Below are positions 38,401-50,501 of a stretch of DNA of 64,000 bases, in pieces. This DNA is from Azolla caroliniana (Eukaryota > Plantae > Polypodiophyta). Made by a program: the position numbers and the translations under genes. The notes under the pieces were generated by a model that saw only the letters and a program-made list of their open reading frames with translations, was not told the origin of the DNA and ran no database searches. Numbering within the stretch: the first letter of the stretch is position 1; the number at the start of each line of letters is the position of its first letter. The stretch covers positions 11,532,001-11,596,000 of the forward strand of contig JBHGNT010000009.1 in assembly GCA_043228905.1 (NCBI GenBank). Direction: 5' to 3'.

Positions 38401-40760
38401 CGCTCGTATCGCTTTCAGCTTCTTGCCGGATTCCCTTTCCACTCTCGCGTGGAGTTCTTTGAAGACGCACAACACTTGGTCCTTTTTCTTCAACGGTGCC
38501 GTCCACAGCTTCCGGCTGTGGTCATCAATGAATGTCACGAAGTACTGGGCTCCGCCATGTGACTTCGTTTCTACTTGACACACGTCAGTGTGCACCAACT
38601 CCAATGGTGCGCTACGTCTCGTCGGTGGCCTTGAGTGGAAGGAGGTTCGGTTCTGCTTACCGGCCAGGCAATCGGTGCACTTCTCCAGGTGCACATGCTT
38701 CACTAGAATAAGGTTGTCTTCTGCAAGCCTCTTCATCCCCTTCTCACTCATGTGGCACAGTCTCTTGTGCCACAGCTCACCGGCAGTGTTGGCTGCCACG
38801 TTCAACTCCTCTGGACACAACCAGGCATTCATAAGGTACAGTGTGTTGACTTTCCGGGCCCGAGCCACTATCAGGCTCCCCTTGCTGAACTTCATTACGC
38901 AGTTCCGGATGCTACCTGTGTAGCCTTCATCGTCTAGCCTCCCGGCCGAAATCAGGTTCAATCGAACCTCCGGAATGTGTCGGACATCCTTCAGCAACAT
39001 TTTGCATCCGGTCGAGGTTGTCAACCACACGTCTCCTATGCCGCCAATCCGGCACGTACCTTCATTTCCCATCCGAACACAGCCATGCTCACCGGCTGTG
39101 TAGGATGAGAAGTATCTTCTTTCCGGGGTCAGGTGGAACGACACTCCGGAATCGACCACCCAGGTAGTCTCATCGCCGGCAATGTTTAGTTCACCTTCTT
39201 CGGTGATGAGCATGATCTCCTCTTCACTTGCCGCGAGTGCCGTCGTTCCTTTCCGGTCCTGCCCTCGCCGATCCGAACCATTCCGGTCCGTGGCTCCCCG
39301 GTAAGCACCGTTCCGTTCCGAAGACTTCTTCGAATCGGTGTCGTCGGCTCCGTTGTCTTTTCGGTAATGCCGACAATTCTTTCGGAAGTGCCCCGGCTTC
39401 CCACAGTGGAAGCATGTGGGCCTTCCTCTTGACTGCGACCGGGTCCCCGACTTCTCCCGTCTTTGCGGACTCCGGTTCCGTTGTCTTCCCCGATCCGATT
39501 CGGTAAGCAGCATCTTCGGATCGGAGGCCGGTTCTTTATCTCTCCGACGCGCTTCTTCGTTCAAAATGCTTGTCTTTACCGTTTGTAGGGACAAGTTATC
39601 TTCGGTGCAGGAGGTGCTGAGAGTCACCACCAAGTTCTCCCAGCTTTCCGGCAATGTACACATCAGAATGATGGCTTGCATTGCATCCTCCAACGGGAAC
39701 TTGATCGCCGCAAGCTGGTTCACGAATCCCATGAACATGCTTACGTGTTCCACCATATTCTCGCCGTCCCGGTACTTGAGGTTCACTATCTTCCTCATCA
39801 GGGAGGTCCGGTTCAACGCATTCTTCCTCTCGTAGAGGCCAGACAGCTTCTGCCACATCTCATATGCGTTGGTGTCGTTCGCCACATGTTGTAGAACGCT
39901 CACGTCGACGTATTGCCGAATGGTTGCAACGGCTTTCCGGTTCAGAAGCCTCCATTCCGTCTCAAGTACCCCCTTGGGTATTTCCGACCTGTCGATCGGT
40001 TCATACAGGTTCCGAACAATGAGCAGATCCTCCATCTTTATCTTCCAGTCGGCGTAGTTCTGCGCATTCAGCACCATCATCCCCGGCTGCCCGCTGCTGC
40101 CACCTTCCATTTTCTGCATTGCAGTCGCTCTGATACCAGATTGTTAGGGAATGGACGCTTTCCAAACCTCTCGGCCACAACCGAGGACACACGGGTCAGT
40201 GCAGAAGTAAATCAAGAAAACAGAGAGAGACTCGAATGCACAAGGTTTAGCGTGGAAAACCCTAGACGGGAAAAACCACGGGAGTGCAAGACTCCAACTA
40301 GACACTATACGCAGGGAATGTACAATGGCGAGCTGCAAGGCGACAACCTTGAGCTCGCTGTCCTCGCCACAGGCGGCGGTATTACACAGAGGCGTCGACC
40401 TCTTCCTTTCTCTCTCTCTCACTCTCTCTCTCGGCTGCTCTCACTTCGCTCCCTCTAAGTGGAAAAACAGAAAATGAGCAACAACCACAAAACTGTTTGC
40501 CCTAAGTCATATTTATACACATATGACTTTCGGGCTATTTACAAATATAGCCTAGAGGGCCCTTGGCAAACATATTCACAAATATGTCCCCGCTTCCGGA
40601 TCTCTCTCCGGGTACATTCGTCATCCGGCTCCGTAGCCGGGGTCTTCATCATCCGGCTCCATAGCCGGGGTCTTCATCATCCGGCTCCATAGCCGGGGTC
40701 TTCATCATCCCGATTCCCGGACATCTGACCATCCCATCCGGAGGGACCGTAATCCCAACA
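35408..40760 (-). mobile_element. Copia-2, full-length Ty1/copia (same family as Copia-1)
   Basis: 619-bp LTRs at 35408-36026 and 40142-40760; 5-bp TSD ATCCG (35403-35407 / 40761-40765); iMet PBS at 40127-40138. Confidence 0.97.
36037..40119 (-). pseudogene. Copia-2 gag-pol with a single premature stop
   Basis: A 1084-aa and a 275-aa ORF lie in frame, separated by TAG at 36865-36867 (CAG in Copia-1). Confidence 0.95.
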
Positions 40761-42627
40761 ATCCGCCCCTACCTAACCGCACGTCCACCGGTACGTGCCA
40801 AATCCGGTGAAGGGTGAGAGATTTCGGCCGTGAGAAACCGGTCCCACTAGGCCTCCTATCCTCACGGCCACCGCCCATCTCTCCCGTCTCACGTTCGTGC
40901 TCGGGCGCAACCGCCGAAGTCTCCGGCCCCGGTGTCGAGGGATCTCGCCTCCGTCCCCTACAAACCTCCTCTTCGTCATTTCGGTTGCCCGCCTTGCCGC
41001 CGCCACCGTCCGTCTCTTTAGGTCTCACACCGGTTCTCGGGCCGGTTGCCGGAGTCTCTAGGACCGGTGTGTGGAAGGTTGCGGCACCGCCGCTCGTCTC
41101 CTCTTCTTCCTCGATTTCGCAAGCCTCGAGTATGCTCGCGAAATCCTTGTAGAACGTTTCGGGCAACCGCGTCCCGAAACTTTCGCCCACTCTCGAAGTG
41201 GCGTCCATTGCTCCGTAGATATCGGCCTCATCCATGGCCGTCCTCTTTCCACAAGTCGAGAGGGTCGCTCGCTCCGCACCCTCTCCCACATCGTCGCCGT
41301 GGTCGCCCGCTTTGCTGCCGCCACCGTTCGTTACCCTAGGTCTCACGCGGGCACTTGGGCCGGCCACCAGGGTCTCTTGAACCGGTGCGTGTAAGGTAGC
41401 AACGCCGCCGCTCGTCGATGCTATGCCCGTAGCCACCTCCATTCGGACATCGTCGTCCGTGGCTACCCCGCCTCCGTATATGCAAGCATCAATTATGCTT
41501 GCCGCCTCCTCTTCCACGGTCTCCTTACCGTTGTCTCGGTTGCCCGCCTTGCCGCCACCACCACCCGTCGCTCTAGGTCTCACGCCGGCAATCGGGCCGA
41601 CCGCCGGTGCCTCTAGGGCCGGTGTGTGTAAGGTCACGGCACCGCCGCTTGTCTCCTCCTCCCTCGATGTTTCGGGCCGCCATGTCCCGAATCCGTAGTT
41701 ACCGGCCTCCATGGCCGTCCATTCGCCGCAAGACGAGAGAGTCGCTCTTTCCGCACCCTCTCCCATGTCACCATCGTGGTCGCCCGCCTTGCCGCCGCCA
41801 CCGCCCATCACTCTAGGTCTCACACCGGCTCTCGGGCCGGTTGCCGGAGTCTCTAGGCCCGGTGTGCGTAAGGTCCCGGCACCACCGCTCGATGTTTCAG
41901 GCCTCCATGCCCGAACTCCCTCATGTCCGCTCGAATTGGTGATCGCCGCCTCACCGTCCCCGACCTCGTCCTCGGTCGATCTTTCTCCGCATGTCGAGAG
42001 GGTGGCTCGTCCCGCACCCTCTCCCGTGGTACCGATGTACCATTCTCTTTCGGCCTCCTCATCCTCCGATCCGCTCGGGCCCGACTCCGCAATAAGCCCT
42101 TCTTCGGCTTCGATTTGTGCCTCTACGATCTCGTACGCTTCCCGCACCAAGGCTTCGATGTCGAGCTCCTCCGAACCGATTTGCATTGAGCTCTCTTCCG
42201 GCGGTAGTGCGTAGTCGGTCGCCGCTCTCTCTTCTCCGCCGCTCGTGGGCCGCGTTGTGGCCAACCGCCTCTCATCGCATTGTATGCACGCCCATTCCAC
42301 CTCGTTCCAATCTTCGGTGAAGCCGTACGCCCCTTCATCGTCTTCGAGGTAGGGAAAAATGGCCATTCTTCCCCTTTCGTTGACCGACTTCAAGAATAGT
42401 GGGACCTTGTCCGCCCCCACCGATTCTTGATCCCGGACCGAAAGTTGGGAAAACCGGAGATCGAACTCCCGGAATGCCTTCATTGCACTTCGAGGAGCCT
42501 TTGCCGACGACACCCATAGATCGAACTCGCGTCTATCGTACTTGTACGCCTCTTCCCGTCTTTCTCTCCTTCTTGCGTAATCCCTTTCCATTCTCGTAAT
42601 TACTTCCGCGATGTCTCCGTCTTCCAT
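40761..42627 (-). CDS. Element D ORF: Gag fragment fused to acidic Gly/Ala/Thr-rich repeats (about 620 codons, uninterrupted)
   Basis: The N-region REFDLWVSS...FREFDLRFSQLS...FLKSVNER aligns with B Gag RDFMEWVES...LREFEERFARLS...FVKSVDER; ET.SGG..TL.TP.LE.P..GP..GVRP...GGGGK repeats follow. Confidence 0.75.
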
Positions 42628-42649
42628 CTCCTTCCTCCCTTGCCGCCTC

Positions 42650-42667
42650 TTCACGTCGGGTTCACCA
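42650..42667 (-). promoter_or_regulatory. Primer binding site, tRNA-Trp (D)
   Basis: Identical 18-mer and TATT spacer to B1. Confidence 0.85.
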
Positions 42668-43213
42668 AATATGTCGCGTTGCTACGCGCGTGCGTGGAGA
42701 AGGGCGGGACCACGGGGGTCTTGGACTAAGGAGTAGAGGAGAAGGAATCGGACACGGAATGGAAGCTTTGCTCAAGAAGAAGAAGAATGAACAAGAGATT
42801 AGATCGAACAAGAGGAAGATGGAGACAAGATGATCAACAAGATATATTAAAACGAAATGAACGATTACAAAAATGGTGGCCGCATAGGCCGCACCACACG
42901 ACTACTCGAAAACCCTAACCGACAAAGATGAAGATAAAGATAAAGAAACCCTAACCCTAACGCTCGACCTATGTGGTATACCTCGCACACTCAAAATAGG
43001 CAACCCTTTCACAAAGGCCGCTCCCTTCCTTTTATAGAACAAGGAGAGGAATGCGTTACATGGGATCGTCTGTCCCGACTTGACTACTCTTCGGCGCCAT
43101 AAAGGCGCCCTCGTTATTCACACTAAATGTACAAGGGTGAGCACACACGCTGCACCCCGCCGATGTAGCCAATGTTTCCCGGTTTCCGCCTCTAGCCGAA
43201 ATTCTTCACGACA

Positions 43214-43881
43214 GCGTGAAATTTCCATTTCCCTCTCAAACATTGCCCGTGCTCTGCTTAGTTCTAATATTGACTACGGGTTTGGTTCATAAGCCTCGTC
43301 GTGGAGTGTAGCGGGCATGGCATATTCCGCTGCGGTTTCGATGACGTCGATTTCGAACAGCGGAATAATTTGAGGGTGCTCGTCTAGGTATGCCTCTAAT
43401 TCTGTATCATCCAGCCCAGCCAGCATATTTATATCCTCCGTGTACAATGGTGTTATTCCCTTGGGTTATGTAGCCATTTCCTTTGTTGGTACGTGGACCT
43501 CGGTGCGTCCGCGTCGAAAGTAGATAAACTTGTGTTGCCAGCTCTGCTTGATATTCGTTGAACGAAGCCACGGTCTGCCCAGCAACATAGGATACGCCCC
43601 TGGAGCGTCAAGGCCGAGGACTATCGCCGAGATGTCCAAGCGATGTCCTCCCATGATAATGCCTACCTTGGTTATCAACCCCAATGGTCGTAGTAAGTGG
43701 GTATCCGCCATGCGAAGCCAGAACGGGCAAGCTTTCCATTCTGAAATTCCCAATTGTTCGCATGTCTTCACACTAATTACATTAACGCCCGAGCCGCCAT
43801 CTATTACGCATCCTGGAATTTCCTGACTGTGTAGTATCAACTTGATATCCGGGTTGTGGTGATCCACCACTGTCGGTCCGT
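43214..43881 (-). pseudogene. Element C aspartic protease region
   Basis: CVIDGGSGVNVIS and YPMLLGRPWL. Confidence 0.88.
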
Positions 43882-44097
43882 TGTCGTGAAGAAAACCGTC
43901 CACAAGTGGAATCGGGGTACTAGAGCGTAGAAACCGACTCTTCATGCACGTGCGCCTTAAGGAAATCCTAGGTAGATTCGGTAGGTAGGGAGTAAAGGGG
44001 AAACGGCTCCTTCCTTGTCTATAAAAGGAGGGAGACGAGGAGAGTAAAGGGATCGCGGGGAGTCGAGGACGAAGTGCTGACGGATTGGGCGCGAAGG

Positions 44098-44139
<42 letters not shown>

Positions 44140-44569
44140 TCACAGACTCCATAGCTTCCTTCTGTGCAGGTTTCGGGAGGCTCGCGCTGCTCCGAGGAAT
44201 GCCCGAGTGCTTCCGGCAGCGCCTCCAACCTGTTCCTGTCTTTCTGTGCGTTTACGAACAGGTATCGGCATCTGTCCGCCGGCCTGTTCGGTTGTAACCG
44301 ACTTCGTGTTTTGTTGTCTTAGTGTTCTTGTTGTTTGTCTTGTCAATACATACATACTTTCGTGTCTTTCGTGTCGCTGTCCCATTCGCGTCCTTGCGTC
44401 GAAGGGCCGTGTCCCTGTGAATCTACGCTCGCACGTAGTGGGTCTCTCTCTCTCTCTCTTACTCTTCGGTACAGGACTCCCGAGGTCCCGCCTCACTCCA
44501 CGCATCCACAAGGAATACCTCGACATATTTGGTTAACCCGACGTGAAAGAGGCGGCAGAAGAGCAGAGG

Positions 44570-46696
44570 ATGAGGGGGTCGGATCTTGCAGAGGCCATGG
44601 CTTCGGCCGTGGATCGGATATTGAGCACACGCGAGGGCACCGGTGCCCTCGACAGAGCCATTGAGGCGGTCGTCGGTACGATCGGCCGTTTCAGCGGAAA
44701 GGGTGCTACGAGGTATTTGGCGTCCTACGGGGCGGAAATGCTGATGCGGGACATTCCGGAAGAGAGGCGTCTTGCCGGGTTCCCTCGAGTGGCGATGCCG
44801 AGCATCCATGCGGAGGTGCTCGAGGTACGGGCGGAGAGCCGTACCTGGGAGGAGTTCGAAGGCCAACTCCTAGAGAAATATGGGCTGGACGACGCGCTCC
44901 GGCTTTCGAAACGGGACTTCATGGAATGGGTGGAGTCCCCCGGCAAAGGAAGAAACGCGTCGGCACTCCTCCGGGAGTTCGAAGAACGCTTTGCGCGCCT
45001 TTCGGCGCTTGACCGAACCATTCTGGATACGAGCCGGGTCCTACTGTTCGTCAAGTCGGTGGACGAGCGGGACCGGGATCAAGTCGGCTCCTTGCTGGAA
45101 ACTGAAGACGGGCTGACAACCGACTAGGCGGCGGTTAAGAGAGTCTGTGGCCGTTTTGACAAACGGCGAGAATGGGCTGACAACGGGGCGGCAGGTGCGG
45201 GCTCTGTTACAGCAAGGAGGCTTGAACTGGCACCGCAAGTGCGAAGGGAAGAAACCCGGGAATGGCTCGAGACCGGTCCAGCTTCGACCAGCATGGTCAA
45301 TGGCTCGTCCGGAGGAGCCGCGCTAGAGGAGTTGACGCGGGCGATAAAGGATCTCCAGATCGCCCAGACTCGAAGGGAAGGCGGCGAACCGGCTCGTGAC
45401 CGACGGCCGGCAGCAGGGAAAAGGTGCATGTGGTGCGACGAGGTCGGCCACATTCGGTAGGACTGCGGCGATTTCGCGGAGGCGTTGAGAAACCGGGTGG
45501 TGTACCTGTGGGAAGGCCGGGTGCACGCTGGCGACACCAGGAGGGCCCTGAGCCGAAACGACGGGCGAGGAGGTATGAAGAGACTGATGGAAGAGGCAGT
45601 GGCCCGACACGTGGAGGCCATCCACTACTCGTCGTCAGCCGGTATTCGGGTCGGGGGCAGCGAGGCCCGAAAGGAATGTAAAGACGGTTTCTGGTCGGCA
45701 ATGCTGGAAGGCCTCGCCGGCGCGCAGCTGAGGAAAGATGAAACGGACCGCGCTGAGAGGCGGGTCCGGGAAATAACCGGGTGGAGCGATCCGGTCGAGG
45801 AGAAGACGGGCTTCGTAGAAGCCGCTTGCCGGAACTACGAGGCTCTGGTAGAAGAAAAACGAGTGGGGAAAGCCGGAGCGGCCGGGCCCTCACAACGGTA
45901 CGAGACCCGATTCGGGCAACGATGGAACGATGCTAGTGGGTCCAGCTCGCAAGATAACCCCAAGAAGGGCGGATACCGACTAGAGACGGAAATTGAAAGG
46001 CCCACGGACCTACGGAAGGTCCTAGAGGAACGGATCCTCGACAGCAAGGTGGAGCTGTCATTACGGGAGGTGCTAGGGATCGCCAAGAAGGAGTTCCACG
46101 ACTCCATTGTAGACTTGGTGAAACGAAAGAGACTGTCGACGGAGACGGAATCGGAAAAACCGGTGGAGGTGCGGACGACGCACATCGACGACTCGGCACT
46201 GGAAGATGAGTGGGCGGAGAGCCACTATTCGAGGCCACACTAGGCCCGAGCGACCACGGAGACCCCGGTAAAAATCGGAGATGTTCGGGAACCGGTGGTG
46301 GCATTGGTGGACCACGGTTCGAAAATAAACCTAATGTCCATGGACTTCTATAAGAAGGGGAAGTGGCCGATCAACACCAAGCACGGGTGGAAGATACGGG
46401 CGGCGACGCGCGCCACAGAGGAACTGCATGGGGCCTGCCCGAACGTGCGAGTCAAGATCGGCGACGTCGAGATTGACCAGCACTTCTTCATACAGGAAAC
46501 GTCTTCGCACCCGGTCATATTAGGGGAACCATACATCACGGCGGCGCGAATGGAGACCAAGGTGCTGGACAACGGTTCGGCCTACGCGAGGGTCAAAAGC
46601 CAGGACGGGCGCCATTCGGTGCAATTTTTGACGGTGCGGCCGAACCATGAGAGAAACCGCGAGTCCCTCGGTGGCGAGAACCGGGAGGATTTTTAG
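44570..46696 (+). pseudogene. B2 gag-protease
   Basis: Near-identical to B1; premature TAGs at 45125, 45458 and 46241. Confidence 0.9.
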
Positions 46697-46753
46697 AGAG
46701 GGCTGCCAAGGCGTGGGGCCGAGACAGCCCGGACACTCGGAAAAGACCCCACG
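46687..46753 (+). promoter_or_regulatory. Putative -1 ribosomal frameshift signal (GGAUUUU plus pseudoknot)
   Basis: G GAT TTT TAG; the -1 frame is open into pol; stems GGGCTG/CAGCCC and CGTGGGG/CCCCACG. Confidence 0.8.
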
Positions 46754-49700
46754 ACTGTACGATAGGTAGGGGATTTTGCTTCTCCGACAACGGAGGGTGT
46801 ATGATGGTCGACATCGTTGGCCGGGAAAGGACCAGGGCGGAAGAGCGACTTCGAGCGTGCAGAGTTCTCGGCCCGGACGAGGAAATCAGCGGAGCCGTGG
46901 AGGCGGTCTCCTTCGACGACACCTTAGGGATGCTGAGGAAGGTTGCCGGAGAAGACCTTAACGAAGACCGGACGATACCGGTATGTTCCGAAGAGATGTA
47001 CGAAGTCATCGCGGACTTCAGTCGGGGGCTCGGGACGGATCAGACGGCCCGGGTTAGCACAAAGTACAAGACTGTGGACCGGAACGTGAGGCCAGTATCG
47101 GCACCCTTACCGGAGGGCAACGAGTCCAGGATCAAAGGGGTTGCGTCGGACCCCAGTTTACGAGATCCGGCCTGCATAGGGCACACCTTCACCGACGGGA
47201 CGCTCCGGGAGCTCAAAATCGGTGGGGGCGGGTTCCTACTGCCGGCGGAGGAAGACCGGTTTCGGAGGATGCTCGGAAGGCACGGGAAAGCCTTCGCATT
47301 CTCACCGGAAGAGATCGGGTGCGTAGACCCGACGATCGTGGAGCCGATGGTGATATTCACGGTACCACATGTGCCGTGGAATCTCAAGCCGATTCCGGTA
47401 CCGAGAGCTCACATCCCGAAGTTGATGGAGCTATTGAGGCAGAAAGTAGATATGGGCATTCTTGAACCGTCGAGTGCCCCATACTCGAACCGATGGTTTA
47501 CCATACCGAAGAAAAACGGAACGTTGCGCTTCATTCAAGACCTGCAGCCGGTCAACAGAGTGACCATTCGAAACGCAGGAATCGGACCGACCATAGACGA
47601 GTTCGCGGAGGCCTTTGCCGGAAGGTCGATTTACTCGGTCGGTGATCTGTACTCAGGGTACGACCAGTTCCAGCTAGCCGTGGAAAGCAGAGACATTACG
47701 ACGATGCGAACTCCCCTCGGCCTAGTGCGAATGTGTACCCTGCCACAGGGAGGGACCAACTCGGTGGCCCACATGGTGAATGCAATGAACAAGGTACTGA
47801 GGGATTGCATCCCGGACATCACCATGCTGTTTCTAGACGACATCCCTATCAAAGGGTGCCCGGTGGAAGAGAAGGACGAGACACTCGGGCCGGACGGATG
47901 CCGGCAATTCGTTGCAACACACATCGACGACTGCGAGAAGGTGCTACAAAGGCTAGAGGAGGCGAGGCTCACCTTCTCCGGGGAGAAATCGGCCTTCGGG
48001 CAATCGGAAATCCTGGTGGTCGGACACCTATGTGGACCTTATGGTCGGAAGCCGTCTCCGGCAAAGGTAGAAGCCATCTCCGCGATGAAGACCGACTGTA
48101 GCTCGGTTACGGAAGTTCGGAGGTTCCTGGGGGCATGCGCATTCTACCACATATGGATCCCACATTACGCCCACGTTGCAGAGCCGATATACGGGTTGCT
48201 GAAGAAAGGGCGAAAATTCGAGTGGCGAGACGAGCACACGGGGTCGGTCCGGAAGCTGAAGGAAGCTCTTGCGGCAGCTCCGGCGCTCCGGAAGGCTGTC
48301 TACGGGAAGGGTACCCCGGTATACATAACGGTGGATACGAGTCCGACCGGGATCGGATGGGTCGTCAACCAAGAAGACGAGGACGGCGTTCGGTTCCCGA
48401 TCCGATTCGGCGCAAAGGTCCTCAGTGAGCGATAGCGAGGGTACGCCCAGGTTAAACGCGAACTCTGGGGTATCGTTTCGGCAGTAAAGGCCGACAAAGA
48501 CTACCTGATTGGGACGGAAGTGATTATCGAGACGGATTGCCTGCCAATTCTCGGCATGGTTTCCGGATGCGCGACACCGGACCTGGCGATGCTCAGGTGG
48601 ATAGCGTACGTCAAGTCCCTGGACCCGGAAATACGGCACATTTCCGGAAAGGATAACGCCATGGCCGACATGCTTTCGAGGGCAAGGTTTGATGACGAGG
48701 GCGGCATGGTTTCGGAGGACGAAGAAGTCGGCGTGGACTTCTTCGAGTCGGCATACGTGACGACCGATGGGACGAGCACCCCGGCACTTAACGACTTCGA
48801 CGAGAGCAAGTACGACGGCGAGTGGCTCCAGGTCGGTGGATTCTTGAGGACAATGACGCCGGATGCGTCATTGACGAAGGACGAGGCCAACCGGATACGG
48901 AAGAAAGCCTACCGATTCTTTCTCCGGGACGGATACTTATGGAAGCACCCGAAGAAGAGGGACGGCGCTCCGCTCCGGGTGGTGGTGATGAGGGAAGAAC
49001 AGGAGGAGCTGCTGACGGCCTACCACGACAGCCCTTGGGCCGGACACCGTGGAACCTGGGCCACGTTCGAGAAGATAAAGGGGAAGTACTGGTGGCCGGG
49101 ACTGTACCGGGACGTGCATTGATTCGTGACAACTTGCGAGAGCTGTCAGATGCACTCCATAGTCCGACACCGGGACGAACTTCACCCTACGTACCCTCCG
49201 ACCATCCACTTCAAATGGATGGTAGACCTGGTAACGATGCCGATAGGAGTAGGACAGTTGCGGTATCTGGTCCTGGCTCGGGAGGATCTAACGAACCAGG
49301 TGGAAGGCCGGGCCCTTCAGAACAAAACGACTGCGGCCGTATGTCAGTTCCTGCTCGAGGACGTAATATGCCGGTACGGGTGCGTCGGAAAGATCGTGGC
49401 TGATCGTGGGGAGTTGGACGCCGAAGAGGCCGAGGAGCTGTTCGACCGGCTAGGAGTCAAGCTCTCGCTTACCACTGCGTACAACCCGGAGGCAAATGGA
49501 AAGGTGGAGCGCGGACACGGACCGATCGTCAAGGCGTTAGTTCGAGCATGCGGGGGTCAAGTGGGGAACTGGCCGCGGCTGCTGCCTTACGCGTTGTGGG
49601 CTGACCGGACTACGCACAGTTCGGTAACCGGATTTATGCCGGCAGAGCTCATGTTTGGGCAGAAGCCAATCATGCCGATCGAACGTACGGTCTCCTCATG

Positions 49701-50160
49701 GGCAACCGTGGACTGGAGAGACGAGATGAGCCGGGAGGAACTGTTGACGGCGCGCATACGACAGCTCGAGCGGAGACCGAAGGACGTGGAGCAAGCGGCG
49801 GAAAGGCTTCGGGTGGCCAGGACGAGGAACAAAGCCCGGTTCGACCGGACGCACCGGCTCCGACCAAAGAAGATCGAGGAAGGCGACTGGGTGCTAGTCT
49901 ACGACAGCAGCCTCGACAACCAGCACCGAGCGACACGGAAGTTCGCAAGAAGGTGGTTCGGACCTTATGTGGTACAGAGCGCCAACGACAACGGGACGTA
50001 CCGTCTGGCGGAACTCGACGGTACGAGAATAACGATACCGGTAGCTGGGAAGCGGATCAAGACGTTCAAGAAGCGTCACGACGACGAGCCGGATCAGGAT
50101 GACTTGGACCGCAACGACGAGCGATCCGAAACCGAGGAAGAGCCGACGGGCGGGGAATGA
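46690..50160 (+). pseudogene. B2 pol (RT, RNase H, integrase)
   Basis: ORFs 46801-48435, 48520-49122 and 49126-50160 lie in one frame, with stops at 48433 and 49120. Confidence 0.93.
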
Positions 50161-50449
50161 AGGCTGGACCGGTTTTCTCCGTCCAGACACAATTTGGCGC
50201 ATGCCGGTGGATGCGCGGTTAGGTGGGGGCGGATGTCGTGAAGAAAACCGTCCACAAGTGGAATCGGGGTACTGGAGCGTAGAAACCGACTCTTCATGCA
50301 CGTGCGCCTTAAGGAAATCCTAGGTAGATTCGGTAGGTAGGGAGTAAAGGGGAAACGGCTCCTTCCTTGTCTATAAAAGGAGGGAGACGAGGAGAGTAAA
50401 GGGATCGTGGGGAGTCGAGGACGAAGTGCTGACGGATTGGGCGCGAAGG

Positions 50450-50501
<52 letters not shown>

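Larger units (their letters stand above)
34907..43213 (-). mobile_element. Element D: non-autonomous LTR element (about 2.95 kb native), interrupted by Copia-2
   Basis: LTRs 34907-35403 and 42672-43213 (about 10 substitutions and a 45-bp indel); 4-bp TSD GCGT (34903-34906 / 43214-43217); Trp PBS; PPT; no pol. Confidence 0.93.
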
